This document shows, piece after piece, positions 15,574-25,239 of a DNA stretch of 64,000 nt. The translations under genes and the position numbers were made by a program. The DNA comes from a virus (taxonomy: Duplodnaviria; Heunggongvirae; Uroviricota; Caudoviricetes). The notes under the pieces were generated by a model that saw nothing but the letters and a program-made list of their open reading frames with translations, had not been told where the DNA came from and searched no databases. The stretch's first letter is position 1; each line of letters opens with the position of its first letter. The DNA lies in the IMG/VR virus record IMGVR_UViG_3300028275_000480, positions 1 to 64,000 of that record; one strand, written 5' to 3'.

Positions 15574-15976
15574 TAGTTCACGGTGGATTCACGGTGGATT
15601 CTCCCTGAGAAATGGTGGATTCTGAATCGTTTGAGCAGAGTCTAGGCTAGAATCTTTTAGTGTAGACTCTACCGTGGTGAATTGGTTATGAGGCATAGTT
15701 CAAATACCACACAATTTCACACTTTATCACACTTTTCTGCACTTTTTCCTTGCGCACACCCTACGCAGCGGGGCCTGTACGCGAGTCTAGGCTCAGTAAA
15801 TCACACTTTTTGCTACTTACTGACCCAGCTGCAAAACCCCAGTAAAATCAACGTCTACAGCTCAGTAAGAATCTTTGATTCTTATCCTTCAGTAAGAATG
15901 TATATATAGTTCCCTCGGCCTTTAGGCCTATACTACATATATGTACACGTTGATTCTACAGCGGGGCCATTATAGG
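15574..15976. repeat. repeat-rich non-coding region (direct repeats GGTGGATTC x3, CACACTT x3, GAGTCTAGGCT x2, CAGTAAGAAT x2; palindromes)
   Basis: no ORF of 60 aa or more; multiple iteron-like repeats seen directly. Confidence 0.6.
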
Positions 15977-16180
15977 TCATAGTCTATCTTGTTCTTTGAG
16001 TTTAGCAGCCACAGCCAGTCTAAAACTCGTCAAGTTCTTAGAGTCTGCCCATATTAGACTAGCTATAATTGAACTTAGAAAACCCACTGCCCAAAGATGT
16101 GCTCTAAGTTTATCTGTATAGGGATTTACTCTAGCCAGTTCTGTTCTTACCCATTTAGAAATTTCTTCTGGATTACGCAT
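15977..16180 (-). CDS. hypothetical protein with C-terminal TM
   Basis: start MRNPEE with AGGAGCG RBS. Confidence 0.45.
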   Translation of the reverse strand: MRNPEEISKWVRTELARVNPYTDKLRAHLWAVGFLSSIIASLIWADSKNLTSFRLAVAAKLKEQDRL

Positions 16181-16296
16181 ATACACGCTCCTGCGTAGTT
16201 GTTTGTTGTTATACAAGTATTTAATGTGTTATGATCCAAAACAGCCAGTAGACCAAGACTAAGACTATACTTGCTAGTAATGCTTGTAGTTTCGTA

Positions 16297-16554
16297 TCAT
16301 TCTTCTGCATATAAATCCTCAATGTCCACGGTGTCTTCTACTATACACCAAGTTGCTTCTAAGATAAGACCCGCTTTATTTTTGCACCTTTCCACTTCCC
16401 AGTTATCCCATATCTCTACACGCTCTACACGCTCAATAAAGCCCAGTCTATGATTACGTGCTCTTTGTGCTATACGAGCACCCGCAAGAGACCTGTAGTA
16501 CTTTAAGCGTCTTTGGGTGTCTTTATGCACCAGATACCAAACCTGTTGTTTCAT
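16297..16554 (-). CDS. hypothetical protein
   Basis: start MKQQVW with AAGGA RBS. Confidence 0.45.
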   Translation of the reverse strand: MKQQVWYLVHKDTQRRLKYYRSLAGARIAQRARNHRLGFIERVERVEIWDNWEVERCKNKAGLILEATWCIVEDTVDIEDLYAEE

Positions 16555-16606
16555 ACCTGTATCCTTATCTGCACACACACTCTATGTGGATCTTCTGTAA
16601 GGCCCT

Positions 16607-16957
16607 GTGGGCAAAGCTGTGAGCATGCCTCTAGGCCTAGAGTTAAAATTAACAGCAATTTCCTCATTTGATATTTATGGCGCTACCGCTGCCGCTTCGC
16701 GGCTTATAGAATTATGCTCGGCCATTTTGGATAAGTACAGGATGGCGATTCAGATCACAGATCATTGTTATAGATATCATCACTTTCGACATGGGTTAGA
16801 TCCTGAACAGATTTGGCGTGATGTACAAGCGTGGGGTGGCTTTCTCAGTATACAACCTGGGGGCGACATAGACTTTTTTGTGCCTGATCGTAATCGTGTG
16901 TTCTTTGAAATCAAATACCCAGAATTATCTAGAAGTCATAGTCGCAGCTGGGTTTAA
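16607..16957 (+). CDS. hypothetical protein
   Basis: 116-aa ORF; first plus-strand gene after the strand switch. Confidence 0.4.
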   Translation: MGKAVSMPLGLELKLTAISSFDIYGATAAASRLIELCSAILDKYRMAIQITDHCYRYHHFRHGLDPEQIWRDVQAWGGFLSIQPGGDIDFFVPDRNRVFFEIKYPELSRSHSRSWV

Positions 16958-16969
16958 TTAAATACTAGT

Positions 16970-17812
16970 ATGGCTCTTACCAAAAATCAACATCGTGTGC
17001 TCACAGACTCCTTGATACGCTCAGGAGTTACACCCACTAGGGCCAATGCTAGAGCCATTCGAGAAGTTGCGCTTAAATTTACCAGTAAGGAAATACGCAC
17101 AGCTAACCCGCCTAGCTCGGATCTGCTAGGACAGACCATTGTCAGCATCACCATAGACCGTGAAGAGTATAAGAATAGAATTGATTGGTCACGTGCTTGG
17201 TTTGATCATTATCAACAGAACATTCGCAAGGGCAGATCAGTTCTGGGCACTCAGTTTCCCCTTGAACTATTAACCACAGACAACATTGTCACAGCTGAAA
17301 ATCTTAGCCTAACCTGGGCTTTGACTACCTCAGGCTTGGTCAGCGATGAAACTGCTCAAACGCCTAGGGCACAGCTGATCACTACAGAAGTGGTACAAAC
17401 TTCGGCCGCAGCTCAGCAAATAGAAAGTCTTAGAGTAGACACAGCCACGGGCAATCTCATATATCGCTGGTCGGATGGGCGTGAACAGGTAGCTGGCTAT
17501 GTCGCAGGCCCTGCACCTGAGATCAGCATAGGCTCTGTTACAACTAGACCCTCGGGCTCGGGCAGCTCAGTGACCATTGAAGGCACTGGCCCTGACTATG
17601 TCTTAAACTTTGAGCTTGAAACAGGGCCCTATCAAGAGGGTGCTGTTTTAGAAACTCAAGAATACACAGACCCCCAATGGCTACACATAACTACCCTGGG
17701 TACCCTTAGCCTAACAGAAGCAGTAACAGAACCCCTTCAGGCCACTACCAAGGCCTATGTGGATAACCTGGCCCTTAGACAAACAGCATTCACAATCGTA
17801 TTTGGCAGCTAG
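16970..17812 (+). CDS. hypothetical protein (Thr/Ser-rich, possibly structural)
   Basis: 280-aa ORF. Confidence 0.55.
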   Translation: MALTKNQHRVLTDSLIRSGVTPTRANARAIREVALKFTSKEIRTANPPSSDLLGQTIVSITIDREEYKNRIDWSRAWFDHYQQNIRKGRSVLGTQFPLELLTTDNIVTAENLSLTWALTTSGLVSDETAQTPRAQLITTEVVQTSAAAQQIESLRVDTATGNLIYRWSDGREQVAGYVAGPAPEISIGSVTTRPSGSGSSVTIEGTGPDYVLNFELETGPYQEGAVLETQEYTDPQWLHITTLGTLSLTEAVTEPLQATTKAYVDNLALRQTAFTIVFGS

Positions 17813-17832
17813 GCCCCAGCAGTAAATACTGC

Positions 17833-18444
17833 ATGGAAATAGTCTACGACAAAAACTACATACGGGTCATTGACGCTGCCCTTGACCCAGAATTCTGCGA
17901 TGAAATGGTCAAGGCCTTTGAACTCTGCGCTCGATTCCATAAGGAACGTCCGGGCGAGTGGGCCAAATTAATTGAATTAGATCTACACTCTACACGCCAC
18001 CCTCAGGCTCGTAATCCCTGGGATCTTTATAAGAAAAGCAGCCACTGGGCCTATGATTGGACTGAGACCTGCGATCAACTCTCAGCTAGGGTCATACCCT
18101 TGGTCAGTGACTATAAGCGTGATTGGGACACTCTAAACATCTTGCCCTATGACTTTGCCCTAGAGGGTTTTAGAATCAAATGCTATAGACCCAATGGTCG
18201 TCATGAGTTTAAACTACACGCTGATAATACTACCCTAGAAACTTCATCTAGATTTTTGGCCTGTTTGTTTTATCTCAACGATTCGGACGCTGGCACAGAG
18301 TTTCCTTTGGAAAACATGACCGTGGCTGCTCGTCGAGGTCGGCTCTGTATATTCACACCCACTTGGCATTTTCCTCATGCAGGGCTTATGCCCCAAGACG
18401 GACAAACCAAATACATTCTTTCAACTTACTTGGTATTCAAATGA
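17833..18444 (+). CDS. 2OG-Fe(II) oxygenase-like protein (TIGR02466-like paralog 1)
   Basis: KLHADN...SRFLACLFYL...H matches the H-x-H...SGxxY pattern. Confidence 0.55.
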   Translation: MEIVYDKNYIRVIDAALDPEFCDEMVKAFELCARFHKERPGEWAKLIELDLHSTRHPQARNPWDLYKKSSHWAYDWTETCDQLSARVIPLVSDYKRDWDTLNILPYDFALEGFRIKCYRPNGRHEFKLHADNTTLETSSRFLACLFYLNDSDAGTEFPLENMTVAARRGRLCIFTPTWHFPHAGLMPQDGQTKYILSTYLVFK

Positions 18445-19022
18445 AATCACAAAAACTACACTTATTTTATGCTCCTGTTTATGTACGTGAACTAGAGGGC
18501 GAAGAACTAGATCGAGTACAGGCACAGATCAAACAAGCATTAGACCAGTTGGAAGTCAAGGATAATCCCTGGGACGACGAAGTTAGTTCCAGCTTTAAAT
18601 TTGACGGCTCCAACGATATTGTGGACCTGGGCATGAACCACCTAACTGACTCTATATTTGAAAGTCTACGTGATTGGTGTAATTTTATCAAATATCCAGT
18701 TAGACCCTTTAGGCTCACAGACAGCTGGGTCAATATCTACGAGCCCAAAAACTTCATGTACGATCATGTACATCCGGAACGAGCTATTTCGGGCTGCTAC
18801 TATTATCAAGCAGATGGTGATGAGGGTAATTTAACCTTTAAAAGCCCTAACCCTGTAGATCATCTTAGACTATGGCCCGCAGATCTACTGCCACAACGTC
18901 AGAGCCATCATATACAGCCAAAAACAGGAACTTTGATCATGTTTCCTAGTTGGTTAACACACAAGGTAGGAGTTAACCGCACAGATAAACAGCGAGTCAG
19001 CATAGCATTTAATCTAGCCTAA
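18441..19022 (+). CDS. 2OG-Fe(II) oxygenase-like protein (TIGR02466-like paralog 2)
   Basis: HVHPERAISGCYYY...H motif; ATGA overlap with the upstream gene. Confidence 0.6.
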   Translation: MKSQKLHLFYAPVYVRELEGEELDRVQAQIKQALDQLEVKDNPWDDEVSSSFKFDGSNDIVDLGMNHLTDSIFESLRDWCNFIKYPVRPFRLTDSWVNIYEPKNFMYDHVHPERAISGCYYYQADGDEGNLTFKSPNPVDHLRLWPADLLPQRQSHHIQPKTGTLIMFPSWLTHKVGVNRTDKQRVSIAFNLA

Positions 19023-19037
19023 GAACTAAATATTTTT

Positions 19038-19427
19038 ATGAATAGACTAATTGCTCTAGTATGTGTTTTCATGCTTTCTGGCTGCTCAAGCCTAGTAGGC
19101 ATGATTCCTAGTTTTTCGGATCCTAATCAAAGTTCTAGAATAATCGATGTTCGTGCAGACATTGATCGTTTGGACTGCTCTCAAGAGCAGTTACCACAGG
19201 TACTAAAGATACAACAGGATCTACGTTGGTTTGAATTATACAGCCAATCCGCTGGTCGTAGACATCAGGATGTTATTAACATTATCAAACCCTTACAGGA
19301 AACCGTAGGAGACATGGTTACTCGAGCACAGACACAACAGGGTTCTAAGGTCTATTGTGAAATTAAAAAGAAACTAATGGCAGCACAAGCAGAGCGTGCC
19401 GCAGCTAGTATCCTTGGGAGATTCTAA
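19038..19427 (+). CDS. lipoprotein
   Basis: signal peptide with lipobox LSGC. Confidence 0.6.
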   Translation: MNRLIALVCVFMLSGCSSLVGMIPSFSDPNQSSRIIDVRADIDRLDCSQEQLPQVLKIQQDLRWFELYSQSAGRRHQDVINIIKPLQETVGDMVTRAQTQQGSKVYCEIKKKLMAAQAERAAASILGRF

Positions 19428-19660
19428 TGTTTGAACACCTACAACATCTAGCAGCCAATGGCCCAAGTTGGGCAGCACAAAGAGCTCAAATGGCCTTGGA
19501 AATTGCTGGCCAATATCAACAGGGTGGTATATCAGCGGATGAATATCGAGAACTAATGTTAGACCTAGTTCGAGCAGATAGACTTGATGCAGAAGCCACT
19601 GACCTAGATACTAAAACACTTTTAGTCAACGCGATCTACGCAGTTGCTCAGGTAGCTTAA
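19427..19660 (+). CDS. hypothetical protein
   Basis: 77-aa ORF, translationally coupled to the upstream gene. Confidence 0.5.
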   Translation: MFEHLQHLAANGPSWAAQRAQMALEIAGQYQQGGISADEYRELMLDLVRADRLDAEATDLDTKTLLVNAIYAVAQVA

Positions 19661-19661
19661 T

Positions 19662-20150
19662 ATGAAAATAAAAGATATTATTACAGAAAATATATTCACC
19701 ACAGATTATCATAAGGTCATGCAGGCCGTGGCTGAACTTTACAAAGAACACTATGATATTAATATTTGGGAAAATGGCGATGCTCACGATGAAGCTGCCA
19801 AAGTTCTTTTGAAAGTACATCCAACAGAAGAAGAGCTTGAAATGATTATCAGCACAGCTCAATTACCTGAGCGTTTTATGGATTTAGATTTTCCAATCAA
19901 CGATGATGTTATGTTTGGAGGTGGCACAGACGATGAAGCAGTTGCAGAAGAACCTGCATCGCGTGCCTTATGTACATCGGGAAAGCCCGATAGTGCCCTT
20001 GGAGCCAGCCAGCTTGCTTCATGCAAGAGTCAAGGGTACAGATCAAGAGAAGGCGGCAAATCACACAAGGTAGGCAGCGAACGTGTTAAAGTTAGAGGCA
20101 AAAAGATCAAAGGCAAAAAATACGGAGGCCCTTTACCTGATTGGAGTTAA
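19662..20150 (+). CDS. hypothetical protein with basic C-terminus
   Basis: 162-aa ORF. Confidence 0.5.
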   Translation: MKIKDIITENIFTTDYHKVMQAVAELYKEHYDINIWENGDAHDEAAKVLLKVHPTEEELEMIISTAQLPERFMDLDFPINDDVMFGGGTDDEAVAEEPASRALCTSGKPDSALGASQLASCKSQGYRSREGGKSHKVGSERVKVRGKKIKGKKYGGPLPDWS

Positions 20151-20153
20151 ACA

Positions 20154-20711
20154 ATGACTCAATACCGCCCTGGAGATTTATTGATATCTCCGCCAGCAAT
20201 GGCAGACCCAAGATTTAAACAAACCGTAATATTATTGACCCAGGATACAAATCAGGGTAGTCAGGGCTTGTGCATTAACAGACCGTCCGGTCATACCGTT
20301 AATGAAATAATAAAACCAATTGAAATATCTCTGGAACAAGACATTCCTTTATATTGGGGTGGGCCAGTTGGAGTTAACACGGTATGGATGTTGCATGACC
20401 CAAGCTGGACAGCAGACAATACCTTAAGAATTGGAACACATTGGTCAATGACCAGTTCAATGAATATGTTTCACAAGATCATCGATGGCGATAGACCAAA
20501 ATGGTTTAGAGTTATGATTGGTCTAAGCAGTTGGGCACCAGGACAACTTGAAATGGAAATGGACGGTGAAGGTCCGTGGACCATTGATTCTAGCTGGATA
20601 GTTGCCCGTGCTCCAGGCCCAGAAGATCTATTTACAATACCACCAAGAGACCTATGGAGTCACTGCTGTGAACTTGCAGGAACACAGGCAGTGAATACTT
20701 GGTTAGTCTAA
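20154..20711 (+). CDS. YqgE/AlgH-family (DUF179) protein
   Basis: GDLLISPPAMADPRFKQTVILL...GLCINRP matches the family's N-terminal signature as I recall it. Confidence 0.6.
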   Translation: MTQYRPGDLLISPPAMADPRFKQTVILLTQDTNQGSQGLCINRPSGHTVNEIIKPIEISLEQDIPLYWGGPVGVNTVWMLHDPSWTADNTLRIGTHWSMTSSMNMFHKIIDGDRPKWFRVMIGLSSWAPGQLEMEMDGEGPWTIDSSWIVARAPGPEDLFTIPPRDLWSHCCELAGTQAVNTWLV

Positions 20712-21245
20712 TCTAAGATTCTTAATAGAAGCATTAAGATCGATTGCAGCCTTTAATGCTTGTTCTACAAGTTGATTAAAAGTAATATCGCGTTCGTGAG
20801 CAATCTTCATGTAATTTAAAAGTTCTTCGTCTGAGAACTCTACTTGAACCTGTACACGAGTATCATATTCTTGATCGTTGCAGATAGCATAGGCCTTTTC
20901 AAGAAAGTCTTCATCTACATCAATGTCAACATACTTAACGGGTGTACCGTCATCTTTTTCCCAAGCCATATCAAGGATTTCTCGATCCTCAACTTCTGCA
21001 TCAAAGGCAGGTTTGAACGCAAGATTGATCATACGATAAGCACGTTCACGTTTATAGTCAAATGCTTCTACTTCATAGACAACCTGTGTTTTGGTATCAA
21101 ACACAATGGTAATTGTGTGTCCTTCAATATCGCCATTCCAAGAATCTAAGCGATAAGCATCACGCCCAAAACATTGCCAACCGTATTCACTACCTTCAGT
21201 AATACGATAGTTACAAGTTTCCATAAATTGCTTTAGAGTAATCAT
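20703..21245 (-). CDS. hypothetical protein
   Basis: 180-aa ORF whose 3' end overlaps the convergent gene by 9 nt. Confidence 0.5.
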   Translation of the reverse strand: MITLKQFMETCNYRITEGSEYGWQCFGRDAYRLDSWNGDIEGHTITIVFDTKTQVVYEVEAFDYKRERAYRMINLAFKPAFDAEVEDREILDMAWEKDDGTPVKYVDIDVDEDFLEKAYAICNDQEYDTRVQVQVEFSDEELLNYMKIAHERDITFNQLVEQALKAAIDLNASIKNLRLD

Positions 21246-21481
21246 TTATTCACCTTAATGTCGTTTGTGTCATTTAATGTTGGTGCAATTTTCTCTACTT
21301 CTTCTTGAGTCATAAATCTTTGAGGCTCGCCTGCCCACCACGGCATCCAATGCCAACCCCAAGACTTCCAGTACTTGGCTATAAGGTTATTAGCAATTAA
21401 GATTGCTCCTAGTATAACTAAAAATCCTATAGCCGTCAAAATTGATCCAGCCAAAAAAACTGCTGCTTGATCCATGTCCAT
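21242..21481 (-). CDS. small membrane protein
   Basis: N-terminal TM; promoter 21503..21531. Confidence 0.5.
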   Translation of the reverse strand: MDMDQAAVFLAGSILTAIGFLVILGAILIANNLIAKYWKSWGWHWMPWWAGEPQRFMTQEEVEKIAPTLNDTNDIKVNK

Positions 21482-21502
21482 CTTTGTGTCCTTTCTAACT
21501 AC

Positions 21503-21531
21503 ATTATACGTGAATTATTATTAGTTGTCAA
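21503..21531 (-). promoter_or_regulatory. sigma70 consensus promoter (TTGACA / 17 / TATAAT)
   Basis: perfect hexamers. Confidence 0.55.
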
Positions 21532-22171
21532 TCTTTCCTTGTACAATTAACACTTCCAAAGGGAATGAAAATGATTGTACAGATAGGCCTGTCAGCCCAT
21601 TTAGTTTTAATTGTTCTTCTAATTCGGTTTTGGTAAAAGCGGCTCTTAAAGAGTTTCTAAAATCTTCTTTAAATTTCTCGCCATCTAAAAAAGAAAATGT
21701 GTTTATGTAATACTCAATTGTATCTTCGCTGTCGGGTCGAGCTAGATCCAATACAAAAACATTCGATCCTGGTTTCGAAATGTTTTTTACAACGTTCCAA
21801 AAATCATTTGGGTTGTGAAAATGATGTAGAGTATTTGTAGATATAATCCAGTCATACTTTTTATCAATATCGCTAAACATTTTGTTGTATAATGTAATTT
21901 GTCTATTATCTGCAACAACAAATTCTCTAGCAAGATCTATCATAGCAGGGGAACCGTCATAACAATCAATATGAATGTTTCTAAATTCTCTAGATAATGC
22001 AAAAGAATAGTCTGCAGGACCACATCCTAAATCAGCAACATCACCTTGTACTTTGTGAGTGGCTATCTGACTAATGAAAAACTCTCTTAACCCTTCTCTA
22101 TGTGCAGAATAAAATTCCATACACTGATCAGGATCGAGCATTAATATATCCGGTTCAATAGTTCTTATCAT
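21521..22171 (-). CDS. class I SAM-dependent methyltransferase
   Basis: motif I VADLGCGPADYS. Confidence 0.7.
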   Translation of the reverse strand: MIRTIEPDILMLDPDQCMEFYSAHREGLREFFISQIATHKVQGDVADLGCGPADYSFALSREFRNIHIDCYDGSPAMIDLAREFVVADNRQITLYNKMFSDIDKKYDWIISTNTLHHFHNPNDFWNVVKNISKPGSNVFVLDLARPDSEDTIEYYINTFSFLDGEKFKEDFRNSLRAAFTKTELEEQLKLNGLTGLSVQSFSFPLEVLIVQGKIDN

Positions 22172-22791
22172 ACAGCGAATATGTTTGTACCAATAATAAT
22201 TCTATCTTCTGTAGATTGATTGGGCATAGTCTTGTGTCTTAGATATGAAGGAAAGATAACAAGGTCTCCTTCTTCAACAGGCACTTCGTAATCAAACAAC
22301 TGGTGATATGAACTTCTATTGTTAAATGAATATGGTTGATGTTTAAGTATTACTTCATTTGGGTGTTCAAAAACAAGATTGCCCGAATCTTTATTTTTCT
22401 TAAGATAAAAACTTGATGTTAACGGAACTGGACTATGATTGTGCGTATCGATAAATGACCCTGGAGCATATCGATTGGCCCACATCTCAACAATAGCAGG
22501 TTTTCCTGAATAATTTAAATGTTGCCAATATGCATTAACATGTTCTGTTAAAAATTCTAATAACCCTTGTAGTTCGGGCATTGATTGTAAATTGCGTACA
22601 ACATTATAAGAGCATAATCCACCGTTCCTCATTGAACCTTGATTGTCTTTAATTGTTTCAGCAAAGACAGGCTCAAGAAGGGGGATAACATTGTTTTGTA
22701 ATTCAACAATGTTATCTTTATATTTTGTTCTATATATTGAAATAGCAAATATATCTTCAATCATTATCTGTTCGAGCCCTACTATAATCAA
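22168..22791 (-). CDS. 2OG-Fe(II) oxygenase-like protein (TIGR02466-like paralog 3)
   Basis: IDTHNHSPVPLTSSFYL...H motif; ATGA coupling to the methyltransferase. Confidence 0.55.
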   Translation of the reverse strand: MIIVGLEQIMIEDIFAISIYRTKYKDNIVELQNNVIPLLEPVFAETIKDNQGSMRNGGLCSYNVVRNLQSMPELQGLLEFLTEHVNAYWQHLNYSGKPAIVEMWANRYAPGSFIDTHNHSPVPLTSSFYLKKNKDSGNLVFEHPNEVILKHQPYSFNNRSSYHQLFDYEVPVEEGDLVIFPSYLRHKTMPNQSTEDRIIIGTNIFAV

Positions 22792-23152
22792 ACCATCCTA
22801 ATACTTCTGCAATAGGACGTTTTTGTTCAGCAATGGTCTTTTTAATATGTTCAGCCATTAAACGTTTTACATATGGATATATTGGGCTTTCTGAAACTTT
22901 AAAATCCCAAGCACGAGTATCGAAACCTCCTGCATAATAGATTCTTCGATAGTCCTGTTCCATAGATGTTTTCATTTCTGGAGTAGCAAAGATACCAAAC
23001 GGTTCTAAAGCCATATTCATAGCCATAGTATGTGTCATAGCAATGCCGTTCCAATAACATATATATTCGTCAGAATTTCTAATATACAATAGAACCGGTT
23101 TTGGATCTAGTACACTCCAACTTAGTTCAGAACGCATTTTCGTAATCTCCAT
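22757..23152 (-). CDS. hypothetical protein
   Basis: 131-aa ORF. Confidence 0.45.
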   Translation of the reverse strand: MEITKMRSELSWSVLDPKPVLLYIRNSDEYICYWNGIAMTHTMAMNMALEPFGIFATPEMKTSMEQDYRRIYYAGGFDTRAWDFKVSESPIYPYVKRLMAEHIKKTIAEQKRPIAEVLGWFDYSRARTDND

Positions 23153-23846
23153 CTACTTGGAATTCTTGTTTTGCTACAGGATTATTTCGAACAGAATCAA
23201 GCAAACCGTCTACAGGACGATAACCATAAGTCCAATATTTTGCAAGACGTTTAGCAGCATCTGGTTGCAATGGCATGTTCATTCTTAGATTTTTCTCACG
23301 AATATCTCGAGCAGTAGTTTTACCCATTAACCACTCTTGACCTCCTGTGCCAATTTGACAAACACTAATATCAAAATTATCAATAACTTCTTGTAAGTTT
23401 TTAAAATACCTACGCTTAATGATCTGTAAAGTCCAATACTTACTATCTTTACTATGATAGCTTAACGTGGTGGCATTTTCACTTTCAAATTTTGTAGAAT
23501 AACGACCGTAGCTTTTAATCTCATCGATAATTTGTTGTGCCTGTTCAGGAGATGAACAGAACACATCAATATCAGCATCTCCTACAGGAAGACCTTGATA
23601 CCAGCGTAGACATGCACCACCGGCGATCCATGGCCCGTTTTTCATGTCTGGACAAATGATAGACACAGGTTCTTGATCGTCATTGTGACAACACGGAACC
23701 CTAATAATCTTTACAGGCTGATTGTAGTTTTTATGTTGCGGCTTGTAATAAGACGCATCGTTTCTCCAATCATCAAAAATATCACTTAGAATCGATCCCA
23801 TTGTCTTCTTTCTTTTTTTCGATAGGTGGAGGAAAGTAAGGTTCAA
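23127..23846 (-). CDS. putative Pol-beta-superfamily nucleotidyltransferase
   Basis: GGACLRWYQGLPVGDADID fits the GG...DxD nucleotidyltransferase motif; the call is tentative. Confidence 0.4.
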   Translation of the reverse strand: MNLTFLHLSKKRKKTMGSILSDIFDDWRNDASYYKPQHKNYNQPVKIIRVPCCHNDDQEPVSIICPDMKNGPWIAGGACLRWYQGLPVGDADIDVFCSSPEQAQQIIDEIKSYGRYSTKFESENATTLSYHSKDSKYWTLQIIKRRYFKNLQEVIDNFDISVCQIGTGGQEWLMGKTTARDIREKNLRMNMPLQPDAAKRLAKYWTYGYRPVDGLLDSVRNNPVAKQEFQVDGDYENAF

Positions 23847-23915
23847 TTACATAATGGTTGGCTCCCCACCAGCCAAAAGCTGATAGGAATCCCCACATCA
23901 CGATTTCAATAACCA

Positions 23916-24434
23916 TCACGCAGCCTTTTGTTCTGGAACTGGAACTGGTTCACCGCCGTCTGGATCGGGCGGGGTTGTGTCGTTGTCGTCGTAGAGTTGA
24001 CCTTTAAAGAATTCAAGTTGATCAATCATTTGTTGACAACCTGCCTTATTCATGGTAATCTCGCTGTAGCCCATTTGGAAACTAACACGGTTGTTGTCAG
24101 TTAGGCCCAGGCGATAAAAAATCTTAGCAGGTTCTTCTTTTTTGGGTTCTGGTTTAGGTTCTGTAGGCTCTACCAGTTTAGGAAAGTCTACAACATTGCC
24201 TTTATCTTTTTTGCCAAACAAATTGAACATTTTCTTATCCCAATTTATATCTAAATTAAACCAACGCCCCCAGGGTGGAAACACAAAGGGAGCAACTAGA
24301 ACAGATAACCATGCTATCTGTATTTGCGGTGATAGGTCTGCTTCGATAAAAAATATATCTAGCATACCTATCACTAGGTAGAGGGCACTACACCAAAATA
24401 AGTAGTAGCCCCCTGAGCGTCCGAAGATCTTCAT
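23916..24434 (-). CDS. membrane protein (possible NfeD-like partner of the SPFH protein)
   Basis: 2-3 N-terminal TM segments plus a Pro/Glu-rich tail; immediately downstream of the SPFH gene. Confidence 0.45.
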   Translation of the reverse strand: MKIFGRSGGYYLFWCSALYLVIGMLDIFFIEADLSPQIQIAWLSVLVAPFVFPPWGRWFNLDINWDKKMFNLFGKKDKGNVVDFPKLVEPTEPKPEPKKEEPAKIFYRLGLTDNNRVSFQMGYSEITMNKAGCQQMIDQLEFFKGQLYDDNDTTPPDPDGGEPVPVPEQKAA

Positions 24435-25228
24435 TACTTGTTAATCATCAAACCAGTCATGTTGCTAGGAACAACAATTGTCTGTACCTTACCGTTCTTA
24501 ATACCTTCTGAGATATTAAGTGCGGCCTGTGCGTTCATGTAAGCAATTGATTGGGCGCCTTGATTGCTCAGAGCTTGCATACGCTCTGCTTCTTTCTTAG
24601 CAGTAGCCACTTCAACTTCTTTTTGTTTGAACTCATTCTTTGCACGAACAAGAGCATTGGCTGATTCTACAACGGAGTCTGCTGGCACAACATTACGAAC
24701 AAGAACTTGTGTAATAGTAATTGAACCATCCAATTTTTCTTCTACAAGAGTTTTTTGGATTTGTTCTTTAATAGCAGTTTCCATTTGCTGACGATTGTCC
24801 GCCATGTCCAATGCTTCATACTTACGTGCTTCTTTGTAGATAGCATTACGAGCAGCATTGTAAATGTAATTAAACATTAGATAAGTATCACCGTCATGTT
24901 TAACGTGAAATGCTTTGCTTTTTGTATTGTAAAGTTCTGCTACCTGTGCTTGGTTCAAACTATAGATAACAATAGCATCAAAGTCTTTCATTGTGCTGTT
25001 ATCTTTGGCAATAGGAGTCATGTCATCCAGTTTGACGTTAACATCCTTAACCGGGAATGTAAGAACATCTCCAATAATGGTTTGATTAAAACTGCCAGGC
25101 AAGAGCTCATCATTCTTAACTTGTTTGTCAAAGCCGACCCGCAGACCAACTTCACCAGTTTCAATACGAGTACAGCCAGTGGCCAAAATAGCCGCGGCAA
25201 GGATAGAAAGAGTTGCAATACGCTTCAT
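24434..25228 (-). CDS. SPFH/Band-7 domain lipoprotein
   Basis: lipobox ATGC; TGEVGLRVGFDK... prohibitin-like core and coiled-coil C-terminus. Confidence 0.55.
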   Translation of the reverse strand: MKRIATLSILAAAILATGCTRIETGEVGLRVGFDKQVKNDELLPGSFNQTIIGDVLTFPVKDVNVKLDDMTPIAKDNSTMKDFDAIVIYSLNQAQVAELYNTKSKAFHVKHDGDTYLMFNYIYNAARNAIYKEARKYEALDMADNRQQMETAIKEQIQKTLVEEKLDGSITITQVLVRNVVPADSVVESANALVRAKNEFKQKEVEVATAKKEAERMQALSNQGAQSIAYMNAQAALNISEGIKNGKVQTIVVPSNMTGLMINK

Positions 25229-25239
25229 TGTGTGTGTCC

